A stretch of DNA of 64,000 bases from Gekko japonicus (taxonomy: Eukaryota). Below are positions 24,901 to 38,297 of this stretch, piece after piece. The stretch covers positions 171,427-235,426 of the forward strand of contig NW_015170891.1 of assembly GCF_001447785.1 (NCBI RefSeq), in the 5' to 3' direction. The notes beneath the pieces were generated by a model that saw nothing but the letters and a program-made list of their open reading frames with translations, ran no database searches and had not been told where the DNA came from. The position numbers were made by a program, and so were the translations under genes. The number at the start of each line of letters is the position of its first letter. The stretch's first letter is position 1.

Positions 24901-25935
24901 CTGGATAAACATGTTTCTTTTGCAAATCTGCTGCAGATTCTTCCTCAGCTGTACTCCAGTTGGGCTACTGAATCCACACACACACCCTGGCCGACTTGTG
25001 AAGCATTACAGATACCAGAAATTCAGCAGATGGCGGACAGTATAAAGCAATTGCTAACATGACAAGTTTAATTGCTTAAAAGTCTCTAGGGCTGGGTCCT
25101 ATAAAGACCTTATGCACTTGCATAACTTTAGTTAATGTGTGCCACTGAACTGACTTCAGTTAACAACTGTGTAACATAATAAATGGGTTAAGTCTCTAAA
25201 GGGCTGCATCCCAAGCAAAAGAAAGTGGAGAAAGATTAAACGCGCTAAATTGAGAGTCTGGTGAAAAACACGAGGTCCTATATATATATATATGACCTAG
25301 GACCACACACACATGGAGGGCAGCTAGGATGAATCAGAGGTTCTACTACATATAGCAGTGTATAGAAAGGACAATTTCTTTATGCCATAATGTTGTCTGT
25401 ACTGGGAGAAGATGCAGCTGTTGAAGTTCCCTCTTCCGCACAACAGAACCTGACATCCCAATGGTACAGGGGGAGGGGGAAGACATTAGTATGAAAATAG
25501 ATTGAAAGGCCATATTATTCTTTTCTGTGCCCCAGTGAGCAGAATGCACTTGTTCCTCAGAACCCAAATTACATCCATTGTAGCTGACTCTGTACCTAAC
25601 TTATTGCTAATTAGGTTGTGAATTTTTTTGAAATTTAGAAATGAAGATCACTAAACACAGAGAACTTATTTTCAAGCAAAAATGTATAGGATCAGACTGC
25701 CTGACTGTACCTAAAAGAACATAAGAGCAGTACTGGATGAGACTGAAAGTCCATCTAATCCAGCAGACTGTTGACAACAGTGGCTAGAAAGGTGTGGGAA
25801 ATGGAAGCCCCCAGGCAGTATATGAAGACCACCGTTCCTGCTTGTTCTCTGCCTCCAGCAACCAGATTCAGCAGCATACGACCTCTGAACATGGAGACTC
25901 CATTTATCCATATGGCCAGTGAAAGAAGAATTCTC

Positions 25936-26672
25936 TTTTTTTTTAAGTACCCATAGGTACACTTTTATTATTTTTCATATTATACACATATTATACACAT
26001 ACATACATACAACATACAAACACACATAAGACATACAAAGAGATCAGTATATTTTATTACTCTATTACCATATTTAAAAAATGTCTTAAATCACTTTCTA
26101 AAGGTTTGCTTAAGTTTCTGTATAATCTTATCTTTTTACCATAGTTTCTATTAAACTAAAAGAGATTAATAATACCAAAAATTTCATTACTTTAAACTAT
26201 GCATTTATATTATACCAGGCATACAGTTTTTTCCACGTCTTTTGAAATGTTGGGTCTGTTGTCCCTCTCATCAACGATGACAGTTTGTCATTTTCAGCCG
26301 TCTCCAACAGTTTATTCACATATTCTTGCTTCTTTGGTGCTTCCATTTCCCCCCAATATTTTGCATATAATATTCTTGCTGCCGTAGATAGATGTACTAT
26401 CAAATATCTATAATCTTTATCAAAATCCTTGGGAAATATGTTTAGTAGTAATATTTCTAGCAAAAATGGTATTTTAGATCTCAATATCTCTTGCATCATC
26501 TCGTGGATCCATCTCCAGTATCTCTTTGTTACATCACAGAGCCACCACATATGATAAAATGTACCTATCTTATTTTTACATTTCCAACATTTATTTGAAC
26601 AATTTTCATTCTGCTTAGCAAGTTTATCTGGTGTAATATACCATCTATAAAACATCTTATACATCTTTTCTA
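25936..26672 (-). mobile_element. L1 LINE 3' fragment (ORF2 cysteine-rich C-terminus plus 3' UTR)
   Basis: ORF 26197-26664 KMFYRWYITP..CWKC..GTFYHMWWLC (CCHC motif); AT-rich UTR; boundaries approximate. Confidence 0.88.
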
Positions 26673-28069
26673 CAGTCTCCAGGTGGTAGCTGGAGAGCTC
26701 CCGCTATTACAACTGATTTCCAAGTGTCAGAGATCAGTTCGCCTGGAGAAAATGGACACTTTGGAAGGTAGACTCTATGGCATTATACCCTGCTGAGGTC
26801 CCTTCCTGTTCTAAACCCTGCCCTCCTCAGGCTCCACCTCCCACATCTCCAGGTGTTTCCCAACCTGTAGCTGGCAACCCTACCAGTGCTGCAACGGCCA
26901 GCTGTGGCACAGCTGCACTGCCACTAGTCAGCTCCCTAAGGGGGAAGTTGTGTGGCAGCTGAGTGGGGGTGGGGAAGGTGGCCCAACCATGCTGCAGGCT
27001 GCTGCCACGGTGGCGGTCATGGCAATTCCACCCCAGTGTTCCTTCCCTGCATTGTTGCAAAGTGGGGGAGGCTCCAGAGGCAGGGCAGGTGGGACAATGG
27101 AAGCTACATTTGAGGGGGCAGAGCCCAAGACCGCATCACTGGCAGGGGGTGGGGGGGCAGTCCAGAGGTGATGGCACCCCTGGTGGCATGACCCATGACC
27201 CTGGCAAGCCCCCGTGAGGCGCTAGTTGGGAGGGGGACACTTTTGGGATGCCATTTCCAAGGTGTGGTCTGGGGTTGCCCCAGACTGGTGGCTCACATCC
27301 GGAGTGAAAAGATCAGTGCCCCTGGTGGAAAAGGATGATTTGGAGGGTGGACTCCCTGGGCTTGCACCCCATGGTGGTCCCTGTCCTCCCCTGGCCCCAT
27401 CCCCAAATACCCAGGAGTCTCCCAGTCGGGATCTGGCAACCTGCCTCCCCTATAATGGAACAATTCACAAATGTTGTATGCACTTGTTGCTCTCACTCTC
27501 ACCAACATCCTTCTTTTTGGAGTTGGGGGATAATTATCTAGTACTTTATGCAGATGTTTGCAGGATCAAGGCAAGAGCTGCTGTGCGTCTTTGCTGGGAC
27601 CTGAACTCCAGGGCATATGTAAGGCAAAGATATGAAGGTAACATATGAAGAAGGATCACATTCGATGAAACAAATCATGAATACAAACATCTTCTAAGAT
27701 AACTATTACTATATGGCTGCTTTTTCAATAACTATAGAAATTGGTTGTCATGTGAACAGTAACTGATGTGTCACATGTCTGTGACAATAGCAAGCTTCAC
27801 TCTCTGTTTTCTGCATTTTCAGGAAAACAATTTTGAAGAAGCCATTTTTTTTGGAATGTGCTTATATTTGCATGTGATACGGGAGACAAATGTTTTTGTT
27901 GCTTTTTTTAGGGTAGCAAATTGTTTATTTGAGGTGAATTGGCCAAATCTTCTTAATGACTACTATTTTTAAAAAATTATCTTAATATCCTTGTACAGAA
28001 ATATGGTACAACCCTATTGTTCGCCATTAGAACACAGCATCATGCACAGGTCTGGTCATCAAGGGCCTA

Positions 28070-28555
28070 AACAAAGCACCTTCTGTAAGAGGAAATGTTC
28101 AGAAGTTTGGAATTTTTTAGATTAGAGAAAAAACAGCTACAGAGGAGGGAGAACATGATAGAACTTTATTAACATTATGCATGGTGTGAAAGAAGGGGAT
28201 ACAGGGAAACTTTTTTCCATCTCCCAAAATACTAGGATTTTCATACAAGTCATAATTAACTGGTGGAGCTTACTACCATAGATCAAGTGATAGCCACAAG
28301 CCAAAATGGCTTTAAAGGCAGTTAGATAAAACCATGAAGGATAGTCTATCAGTGGCTATTAACCATGATGGCTAAACAGAACCCCCGTGTTTGGAGTCAG
28401 TATACTGCTGAATGCCAATTGCTAGGGGGCAATAATATGGGGGGTGCTTTGGTTTTTGGTCCTGTTTGTGGGCTTTCTTCAGGCAGCTAGCTAGCCACTG
28501 TGGGAAACACGATGCTGGACTACATGATGATCCAGCTGAACTCTTCCAAAGTTCT
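28070..28555 (+). mobile_element. Old CR1-type LINE 3' fragment
   Basis: Decayed GLFxLEKxxLRGxM / W..LP / FK..LD coding remnants and a GATCCAGC..TCTT..GTTCTTA terminus; boundaries approximate. Confidence 0.6.
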
Positions 28556-28809
28556 TATACAAAATGATCATCTAGGATGTCAGAAAAGTGGCCTTGGGGT
28601 CATGGACAGGCTCCATATTTTTAATGTTAATTGACAGCTAATCTGGAATCATGCAAAATACATTTTGTGCAACTTGTCTACATTTCTGGCCAGTTTAGTG
28701 TGTCTCACTATTTGGGAAAGATGCATGAACTTCTAAACATGCACGTTTAATGAAAAGACCCAAAGAGTTTAATTGCATTTCTGGTATGGGCAAGCATAGT
28801 TGTAAGCTG

Positions 28810-29230
28810 GTTTGTGCTATGTGCCATCAAGCCGCTTCCGATTTAAGGGAACGAGGAACCCTATGAATTACTGACCTCCAAAACGTGCTATTGTTTAACA
28901 ACATTGCTCAGGTCTTGCAAACAGAGGGCTGTGGCTTCCTTTGCTGAGTCAATCCATCTTATAAAGGGTTTTCCTCTTTCCCGGCTGCCTTCAATTTTTC
29001 CTAGCATTATTGTCTTTCCCAGTGACTTTTGTCTTCTGATTAATGACAAAGTACAATAGCTTCAGTTTAGTCATTTTAGCTTCTAGGGAGATTTCCGCCT
29101 TGATTTGATCTAGGACTCACTGATTTCTTTTTGGCGATCCACACTATCTGTAAAATTCTCCTCCAACACCACATTTAAAATGAACCAACTTTCTTTCTGT
29201 CAGCTTTCTTGGTCGGCCAGTTTACACACT
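28810..29230 (-). mobile_element. Older, diverged RTE-clade LINE 3' fragment
   Basis: Minus strand resembles the RTE C-terminal region (MWCWRRIL..PW..K; KL.YF; GKIEGSRERGKP..RWID); boundaries approximate. Confidence 0.7.
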
Positions 29231-29712
29231 GATACATATTAAAGGAAAATATTGGTTTTTCCAGCAACAAACCTCTGGTTTGATGAGATTTTTTCCAGAC
29301 CATGCGTCACACGCATAGGGCTATCTAAACCATCATGGACCTCAATCTTAAACATACTTGCTTGGGAGGAAGCCCCTCAGATGTGTGGGGCTTCTTTATG
29401 TTTGTGCCATGTTTGTTTCCTTATTCCTGTGAGCAATCGGGCCACACGGGTCTTGCGGGGATGCCAAGGCTCAATCCTGCTGATGTGGGAAGTGCAAGGG
29501 ATTTACTTCTAAGGAGCAGAAAAGGGATCTCAGCCCCCTCGGTGGAAGGGGTTCGAATCTGTGGTTGTGAGAGAAAAACCGAAGCCTCGACATTCCCCTT
29601 TTGACTGTGGTTTTGGGGTTTTTTTTGGCAGGAATCGTGAGGGGAGGAGCTGCAGCCGCCCGCCGCGCTGACAGACAGCGAGAGCAGGGCAGCCTCTCCG
29701 TTTAGCAAGCGG

Positions 29713-29723
29713 GTGACTCAGCA
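29713..29723 (+). promoter_or_regulatory. Antioxidant response element / MARE (NFE2L1-sMAF type)
   Basis: GTGACTCAGCA, a perfect RTGACnnnGC consensus about 90 bp upstream of the PSMB7 ATG. Confidence 0.75.
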
Positions 29724-29808
29724 ACAGCAGCCAGCGCGCCAGACCAGACTCGCCTCCTTCGCCGGTTCCGTTTCCGTCTTGCTGCTGCAGGCTCTGAAGC
29801 AAAGCAAG

Positions 29809-29879
29809 ATGGCGACTACACTCTCGGCTCTGGAGGCCTCGGACTTCACTGGTGGATTCAGTTTCCACAACTGCGCCCG
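29809..29879 (+). CDS. PSMB7: Proteasome subunit beta type-7, coding exon 1 (propeptide N-terminus)
   Basis: caagATGG start; translates MATTLSALEASDFTGGFSFHNCA(R), matching the GGFSFxNC motif of beta-2 propeptides; donor CG|gtgagg. Confidence 0.95.
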
Positions 29880-30958
29880 GTGAGGAGGCTGAGGGACGAA
29901 GGGAGGGAGACCGAACCAGGCGGGCAGGGCCGCCGAGTGGAAACAGGCGGCTGGCGCGGGGCACGAGGGGGTGGGGAGAGAGAGAAAGAAGCGGAAGGCT
30001 GGCGGTGCACACCGTGACTCAGGCGGTGCTGCGGCCTACAGGAGGCAGGGGGGGAGCTTGGTCCCCCTTCGACCTGCTTTATTTATGCAGTATATTAATT
30101 GTGTTATTGCACCAGCCTGTGCCCCGCAGGCGGAACCTGCCTCTGCTAAGCCACACGAGGGGCTGAATGACAAGTTTAGATTCCCCGACTTGGCTCTGCA
30201 GTTATGCCCTGCTTGAAAGGGAACGGAGGCCTCTCTCTCTCTGTTGTCTTCCCTGCAAAGCTGCCTTGATCTCCGCTGTGGGAGAGATGTTTTCTTAAGA
30301 AGGGGAATGCCTGCTTGGGAGTTTTGAAGGGTGGGAAGAGAGACTGTTAACCCCCCCCCCCGTGACATTCCTTCCGAATCTCTTTCTCCTCTTGGTATCA
30401 TTATCAGGAAATGGGAGGAAAGTATAAGACGTTTGGTTTGCTTCAGGGGGATGGACCGTAAAGGGAACAGTGTTTTCAGTTAGTTTTGTTGATTTGGGAT
30501 ATATTTGAGGGGATGTTGGGATGTTTGTTGTCAAGGAAGGAAATGCACTTTCCAAATTTTTCTTTGCATCTGCCCCTTTGGTGCAATTTGGTCTGGTCAC
30601 CCCAAACCAACTGTTGAGCGGCTGTTGGATAGCCTGGACCTTAACCAGGCTTCTCTCTGGAGTAAGTTCCTGGATTTTGTAGCAGTCTGGTTCCACTTAA
30701 ATTTAGTCTGAGATCTCAGAAAGCCAGTTCATATTCCCCAAAACAGTTTTAGATTAGGTTGAAGTGTGTGCGTGTTCTGTCTTGGTGATCTGGTTGTAGG
30801 AGTTATCAGGGAGAACTAGAAGATAGGCTTAGATAATTGATGGGAAGAACACTTTTGTTCTCTTTGCCCTCTCTTTGGTAGCAGGGGCATAGCCAGTATC
30901 ATCTTATGCATTCTTTGGAAAAGTTTTGTAACATAGTTTTTTCACTATTGTGTTGCAG

Positions 30959-31052
30959 GAATAGCCAGCTAGAAGCAGAGAGTGCCAAGAAGGGTCTCCG
31001 GCTTCCTTCAGCCCGCAAGACAGGAACCACCATTGCTGGGGTAGTGTTCAAG
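30959..31052 (+). CDS. PSMB7: PSMB7 exon 2 (propeptide cleavage site, catalytic Thr1)
   Basis: ttgcag| acceptor; [31 protein letters not shown]; Thr1 codon 31026-31028; |gtgaga donor; 94 bp. Confidence 0.98.
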
Positions 31053-31155
31053 GTGAGACTTCAGCTGCTACTTTGACGTCTGTTGGAGTTAAAGTAGTGT
31101 GCCCCTTTCAGTGCCATTCATTCTCTGTTTCTAAAAATGCTTTTTGTTTCTATAG

Positions 31156-31253
<98 letters not shown>

Positions 31254-31717
31254 GTAAGTATGGTTTCCCCCAGTGTGTCCACTGACATTTTGGGATTATT
31301 GCATATAGGGAAAGCTACAGTCTGTTCCTTTCTGAGGATGACAAGGCTCTTGTTTCTAAGAGCTTTGGTCTTGATGGACTAACCTGGTGGATGCCAGTCC
31401 AGGATGTTTAGTGTACTCTTTGCGTTTTTGTTTTTATATTGTGTCTTATTTAAAATTTTTTAAATTGTATTGTATTTTTTAAGCCACTTTGGGTCCCCAA
31501 TGGGAAGAAAAGTAGGATAAATATACAGTAAATAAATATGGGATGCAACCACTTAAACTTCAGCTAACTGAAATTGATGCTCCTTACACTGCAGTGATCT
31601 CATCATCTTCTTTTGAAAATTATTGTCTGTTTGCCTAGTTTGCTCCAGTTCCTTTAAAGTGGCAACCTGATACCAGAGTGTTTTTAAAGAACTGTTTAAT
31701 TTGATTTGTTTGTTTAA

Positions 31718-31870
<153 letters not shown>

Positions 31871-31977
31871 TAACTGCCATGTGCATGGACTGTGTGATGC
31901 TGAGGACCTGCAGAACAGCTGTTCTTGCTTCCGTTCAGTAAATACAGTATAGCAAGACGTGCAGTTGGGCAGGGTAA

Positions 31978-32244
<267 letters not shown>

Positions 32245-35200
32245 TAGAACATGGCAACCATACTGCCTACTAGTGGAAACCCACAACATTTCACTTTTAT
32301 TTCCTCATTGCCACATTTTTTTCTATAACTAGTTTTATGTAACCTGAAAGTAAAACCTTTTTTTAAAAAAAAGCCACCGGAGGGGATTTTTAATTTTATT
32401 TGTTTATAATACTACATAAACTACCAAGAAAAAATTGGGATAGGGGGACTACAATTTTAGGGAGAAAGAAAAGATAAACCCACACTAAGCTAAAAACCCA
32501 AGATTAGGAGATCATTCCCTGTTAAAATGCTGTTAGTAAAAGAAAAGGCTGTTAATAAACAATATACTTTGTGAGATCCTGTCTTTCTAAGCTTATATGT
32601 TAGATTGTTACTTGTTATGAGAACTCATAACTGAAAGTAAAACCATTGTTGTTTCATCAGCTTTCTTGATTTCTTATAAACATTTAACTTGTGTGTAAAT
32701 TGTAATTTCATTGAGAGAAATCCAGATTCCCTGGTCTTGGTGGATAATTGAATTTCTAGAATATAGCTTCAGTGCTGAATCATGTCCCATGTTAACAATT
32801 CTTCATCTGCACAGTAAAGGAAAGAGAAACACGAAGGATCTGAAATGCCACCATACCCTTTGGAGAAGTAACGTTGAAATGGGCACTTAAGGTTTTTTAA
32901 ATCAGCACCATGACTGATTTATTGACTGAAAGCCACAAAAATAAGTTAGCTGTCTGGTGGGTCTTCTTGGGACTTCTGCTTGTCTGTTTTGTTACTTGTT
33001 AAAGCAAAAGTACCTGAATAAAAGTCATAAAAGTTAGCTGACTGAAAACTTGTGAGAATAGTTTTCTGTCAGTGACTATGAATGAGAGACAGAGGTTTTC
33101 ACTAATTATTTGTTCTTGAAATTCTTGCAGTACTTTGTAAATAGGTGACAATATGAATGTTTGCTAAAAATTGTTTGATTGAACTCTGTTTTATCAATAT
33201 GAGTTCAGGCTTATCTCAATGGCATTGCTCTAAAGCTGATCCCTCCTGTATACACAGAAGTAGCAATTTTGTTTAGCAGCACAAAATGGTATTGCTGAAT
33301 TTATTAGAAATAGTGTTAAGTAGGAAAGTAGGATGCACTCAATCACAGAAATCTTCCTTTTATCAGTAAAAAGTTCTTGTTAGTCATGCAAAAGGCATGT
33401 GGACTTTTTTGATGCTCTTTCACACACATGCTAGGGAAGAGGAGTTGTATGCATATGTAAGTAGGTTTGTATAGGGTACTTAGACCAACAGGGGAGAAAA
33501 GGCTTTTTGAGGCCAATAGATGGTGCCATGGTACTCCACAAAGTAGTAAATTATTTGTGCATAAAATCTATTTTTAAAAATGCTGTTACAGGATTTATGA
33601 TGTAATATTCTAAGCTCTTATATTAACTAACATAAAAGTTGAAATAGGATTACTATTTATAAATGTGTCCTGAAACGTATCAATTATTCAATAACTGAAC
33701 CATAAATTAGCTTGCTGTGTGTATACATATTAAGTGATTAATAAACCAAAACTAAAGGACTGTTCTCCAGTGCTTTATGCGAGGCATCTTTTGACATTGT
33801 TTGTTTGATACTCAGTCTAAAGAATGGCTGTAGTGTGAATATTGTTTACTGAACACAGTAAAATATTTTTTTTTTCCTAGTAAGGGCTCCTCTGATAAGA
33901 TGCAAACAGGCATCTAAGCCAGGGAAAACTAGCAGTGTTAATCTGCCTTTTTAGTAAATACTGTACATATCAGTTTGTTTCCTATTTAAAAAATAAGGCT
34001 TCAATCTTGGCACACTTTGGAACAAATCCCATTGAACTCAGTAGGATTTACTTCAAAAGAAGCATGCTTAGAGTTTGGATGTAAGCTGTTTCCAAAGCTG
34101 TACTGTTGGTATGCCACAGAGCATCTTGTACAAATCCGGTCAACCATATGGACGACTTCCATTTGCCTTTTAAAGAGATTGTGTAAAGCTTGTAGTTGTC
34201 ATGTTTAAATTTAAAGGGTCAGATGCAGGAAAATGTAGTTCTGATAAAAATTTCATACTTACCTATTCCATAAGGCTTGGGGTAAATAGCTGTCTAAGAT
34301 AATGTGAAATAAAATCAGGCACTGAATCCAGTATTCTGAAGCTCAGCCCTTGTCTTTGAAAACTGGCACAAATGTGAGTGTCTAACAAGGCATAATAATC
34401 CAGTTTTGATTTCTCTAGACAGAGGGGTGTATTAAGATCAGCACCATCCCCTTAAATGATACTGTTTTGTCTTCTTGGTAGTCCTGGATAGACTGATTGG
34501 TCTCTAATATGTTTAGCACACTAGCATATGTTTGAAATCAACCCTTTGGTGGGTCACTGGAAAGCTATTTGCTGTCATTTCCATTCTGGTGGTTGTCCAA
34601 AATGGCGTTTCTGTTAATTACTACTATTATTCTCCCATCCCTTCCTAAGGAGTTCAGGGCAGCAAACATCCCTGTCATACAGCCAGTGAGTGATCCAGCT
34701 GAACAGAGATTCAAATTGATCTTCCCTGTCTAAATTTTCACTCTAGCTGCTATACTGACCTGATGCTCAAAGTGCTTAGTGCAGATGCTTAGATCGCTGA
34801 TATTGGATGAGATGTTAAAGTCCACATATGCCACAAAATCATCTTAATTTTTTAAAAAAACAGCAAGTTCCTCCCATTTGTCCATACTGAATGTTAATTA
34901 CCCCTCCCATGTTCCTTCTGTTTCAAGTGATATATTATGAAAAACTGGCATAAATGAGGAAGATCTCTCTGTATTTGCTCACGATATGCAAAGGAAATAG
35001 AAATCCAGCATCTTGTGTCTGAACACAAAGCAGTGTCCTCCCTCAGAAGGAGTTTAAAACATACTCAGTGCTTACTCAGGAGTGAAAACATCAAATTAAA
35101 GTGTTTATGCTGACAAAGGACAAATGTGGATTTCAGCAAACGATGCAAGATTGTCTGATTGCTGGCTTGTCTAGAAAAGCTTCTGGCCATGGCTATATAA

Positions 35201-37404
35201 TGAAATGCGTGCATAAAATTAAAGCACTTGAAGTCTGCAGCTCAGACTTGGGAAGCATCGAGCTGCATTCTGGTGGTCTCTAGTGGCTGAGCCTGGTCTC
35301 TTGGCACCAGTGTTGTTTCATATTCATAAATCAGCTCTTCATGCATTGGCAATGTCTGTCTGCTGCACAGGCGATGCCACCAAGAGACCAGGCCTCTCAG
35401 CCAGGAACCAGAGTGAAAAATGATGCCGATCGATGGGTCTGGGGAGAGCACTGGATTTCTACCCAGTTTGAACAGCAAATTGAATAACAATGAGCATTTG
35501 TGAATAAGTGCCCTGTCAGGGACTGCTGACACTGATGGATTAGAGAAATCTAAATGTTACTCTCTTCACACTGCACACGTTCTTCAACGTGGCAGGCAGA
35601 GGCAGCAGTGGTAGCAAACAGGTCCTATGGTTCTGAAGATGTGCACTGCTTTTCTGTGTTTTTCTTTTTTTTGCTAAAAAAATATATATACAAATGCTAA
35701 TTTAGGTATTGGAATCACCAGTTCCTGTTTAACCCTGGACACTGAGATTAAAAAACTCCACCACCCCCTCCCCGTGGTCTGATGAAGAAAATAGCATTTC
35801 AGATGCATGTAGAGTGATTTCCAGTCTGTTTTAAATTTAATTACAGGCTAGCACTTGCGTGCCCCCATCTAGCTGATCCAGAGCATACACTGTTACTCCA
35901 GTATACGTAACAAGCACTGTGTGAGCAGGTGTCCTAGTCAGTGCCCGGGCAGTATTACACGTCTTCAGTGTTCGGACATACAAATGGGGTTTTGCATGCT
36001 GAGGATTCACAATGCTGAACAGAGCAAGACAGCTGCTGAGCAACTCATTGGGTTTTGTTTTTGAAAAGGGACATGGAGCTATGCTGGCCATGCTGAGAGT
36101 GTTGTCTGACACTCTGGTTCAGGGCCTCAGACACAAATATAATAATATAACAACTGCTGTGTTAACCAACCTGCATGCCATTTTGTTAGCAGTCAGATAA
36201 GTGCCAGATTGGTGTACATTTTTTTGTTTAAGTCTAGTTGCTGGATTTTGGTTTTTTTCCTTTTTATGTTTTTCTTTTAAAGAAATAATTTCTTTAAAGA
36301 AATGTCAGATCAGTGCTACATCTGTTTCCCCACCGCACCAGAAGAGACAGAGTGGGGTTTTGCAGAAGAAAGCTGGCTGCTGCTGAATTGTATGGGAGAA
36401 AATAGTCTGCAAGAGGCACAGGGAAAATGTCACTTCCTTTGCCCCAGGGAATGTTTGGGGTGGTATATCTCCCCCTGTTCCTGTTTATACTCTCATGGAA
36501 CTCAATAGTCGTTGTTAAGTGGTTGAGCTGTAACTGAAAAGTCTTTGAGGACAGCTGACACTGGAGTGATCAGGCACAGGGCAGTTAGTCTCCATCCCAG
36601 TTGCATTGTCATTTTGCATATCAGTATTTAGCTGTTCTAATTTGCTTGAGCACAGTATGTGATGAGAGCAAAATCTGGCTTCACACGTTTTACAGGCAGA
36701 ACCTCTGCAAACTAACAGTCCATGTATGTGCATACACATCTTTCCATTATCTGCAGTCCTCCATTCCCATGATATTGGCAGTCCTTTTCCTAGTGTATGA
36801 ATGCAATAGCTGCCACCTGTTCTGTTACGTAAGCTCGGTCACCTTTGGCATTTCTAGTCAAGGCTCCATCTTGCTTAAAAGATGGCAACCTTATCTCCTC
36901 GCCCTTCAACAATAGATGTATTTTTGTTGGAAGCAGTGCATGCTTTATAAAGAGTATCTAGAACACGGCTTCATTTTTATTTTTCCTTGTGGTTTAGTGC
37001 AGTTCCTTTTGTTTGCTGTTTTGGGCTATTTACATATTCTGTGAATACTGTGTAAGCCCCTTAGAAAGTGTTCCATTTTTTTGTTCCTTGTTTTAGCTTT
37101 TTGAAAGTGGAGCCATATGTGGTGCTGAGTCTGAAATGAATAGCCATTGCCTGGAGTATAAGAGGATGCTATGAGCACCCCACTGCTTATAAATGTGATG
37201 TATTTGGTACTGTAAAGGTAATGATCCTCAACCACAGCAATATTCTATAACAGGAGTATCTGTCACATTCACTGGGATTACCATGTTCATTGATTTGTGT
37301 CTGTAAATCTGCTGCTTCTACCCTTTAAACTTGATCTATAATTGGACCTCCTTAAATGGTTCAGATAAGGTAGTCTGTATTTTCTCAGCAGTGTCACTGT
37401 CAGC

Positions 37405-37552
37405 NNNNNNNNNNNNNNNNNNNNNNNNNNNNNNNNNNNNNNNNNNNNNNNNNNNNNNNNNNNNNNNNNNNNNNNNNNNNNNNNNNNNNNNNNNNNNNNN
37501 NNNNNNNNNNNNNNNNNNNNNNNNNNNNNNNNNNNNNNNNNNNNNNNNNNNN
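37405..37552. other. Assembly gap (148 N)
   Basis: Run of N. Confidence 1.
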
Positions 37553-38297
37553 TTCTGGGTGACCCAGCTAAATAGATAGTGGTATGCAAAACAAGTTAAA
37601 AAGTAATAAATGCCAAAAAATCTCCTAATTGGCATAAAAAATCGTGGGGTAACTTTGTTCAATCTCCAAAAGTAGAGTGGCCTGACATACAGTCTGGGCT
37701 GCATAGAGACATCATGATGTCTCTATGCAAAAAGATTCTCTTCTGAACAAAGCAAGTTTAAAAATACAAATGGTGCACAGCTGCTTCTTAAAGTCCACAT
37801 GTAGGATGTGCTTGTGATGCCTGTGATTTGTTGGGTGAAAAGAGGCTCTTGCAGAACTATCCTTGAAATAATCTGATATGTATGAGGTGTGAATAAATCC
37901 TTATGTTTTTCACATCTGCCACTTTGTCTGCTTTACTTTTCAGAGCAGACAGTAGGAACAATACCAAAATGAATGCACTGTAATAATCTGGTTTAATGTA
38001 GATGAAGAGAATGAATAACCAGGAGGCAGCAGCCAGCAGCTTTCTTAATATTGCTGGCACATCTTCTATGCTACGGTGAATACACTGAACTAATTCATTA
38101 AAAGTCTGTTCCTTCCCATCTGCTTCATATATTTAAACTTCTAGCATACCTCAGCCTCGAAGACTCTGACTGGACAGTAGTGGCATCATGCAGTTATAGA
38201 TTAAGAAATAGCTATTCCTTTTTTAAAAGAAGGTGGAGTGGAATCTGAGAACATATATATGCTTGATGAGATTGTTTAACTTTTTTGTACTACTGAA

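Larger units (their letters stand above)
29630..30060 (+). promoter_or_regulatory. PSMB7 CpG-island promoter / 5' region
   Basis: GC- and CpG-rich stretch around the ATG; tandem ETS-like TTCCG cores near 29766-29776; YY1-like AAGATGGCG over the start codon; TGACTCA at 30015-30021. Confidence 0.85.

Noticed and set aside
37287-37704. ORFs spanning N runs (also 48473-48883)
   Set aside because: Artefacts of assembly gaps
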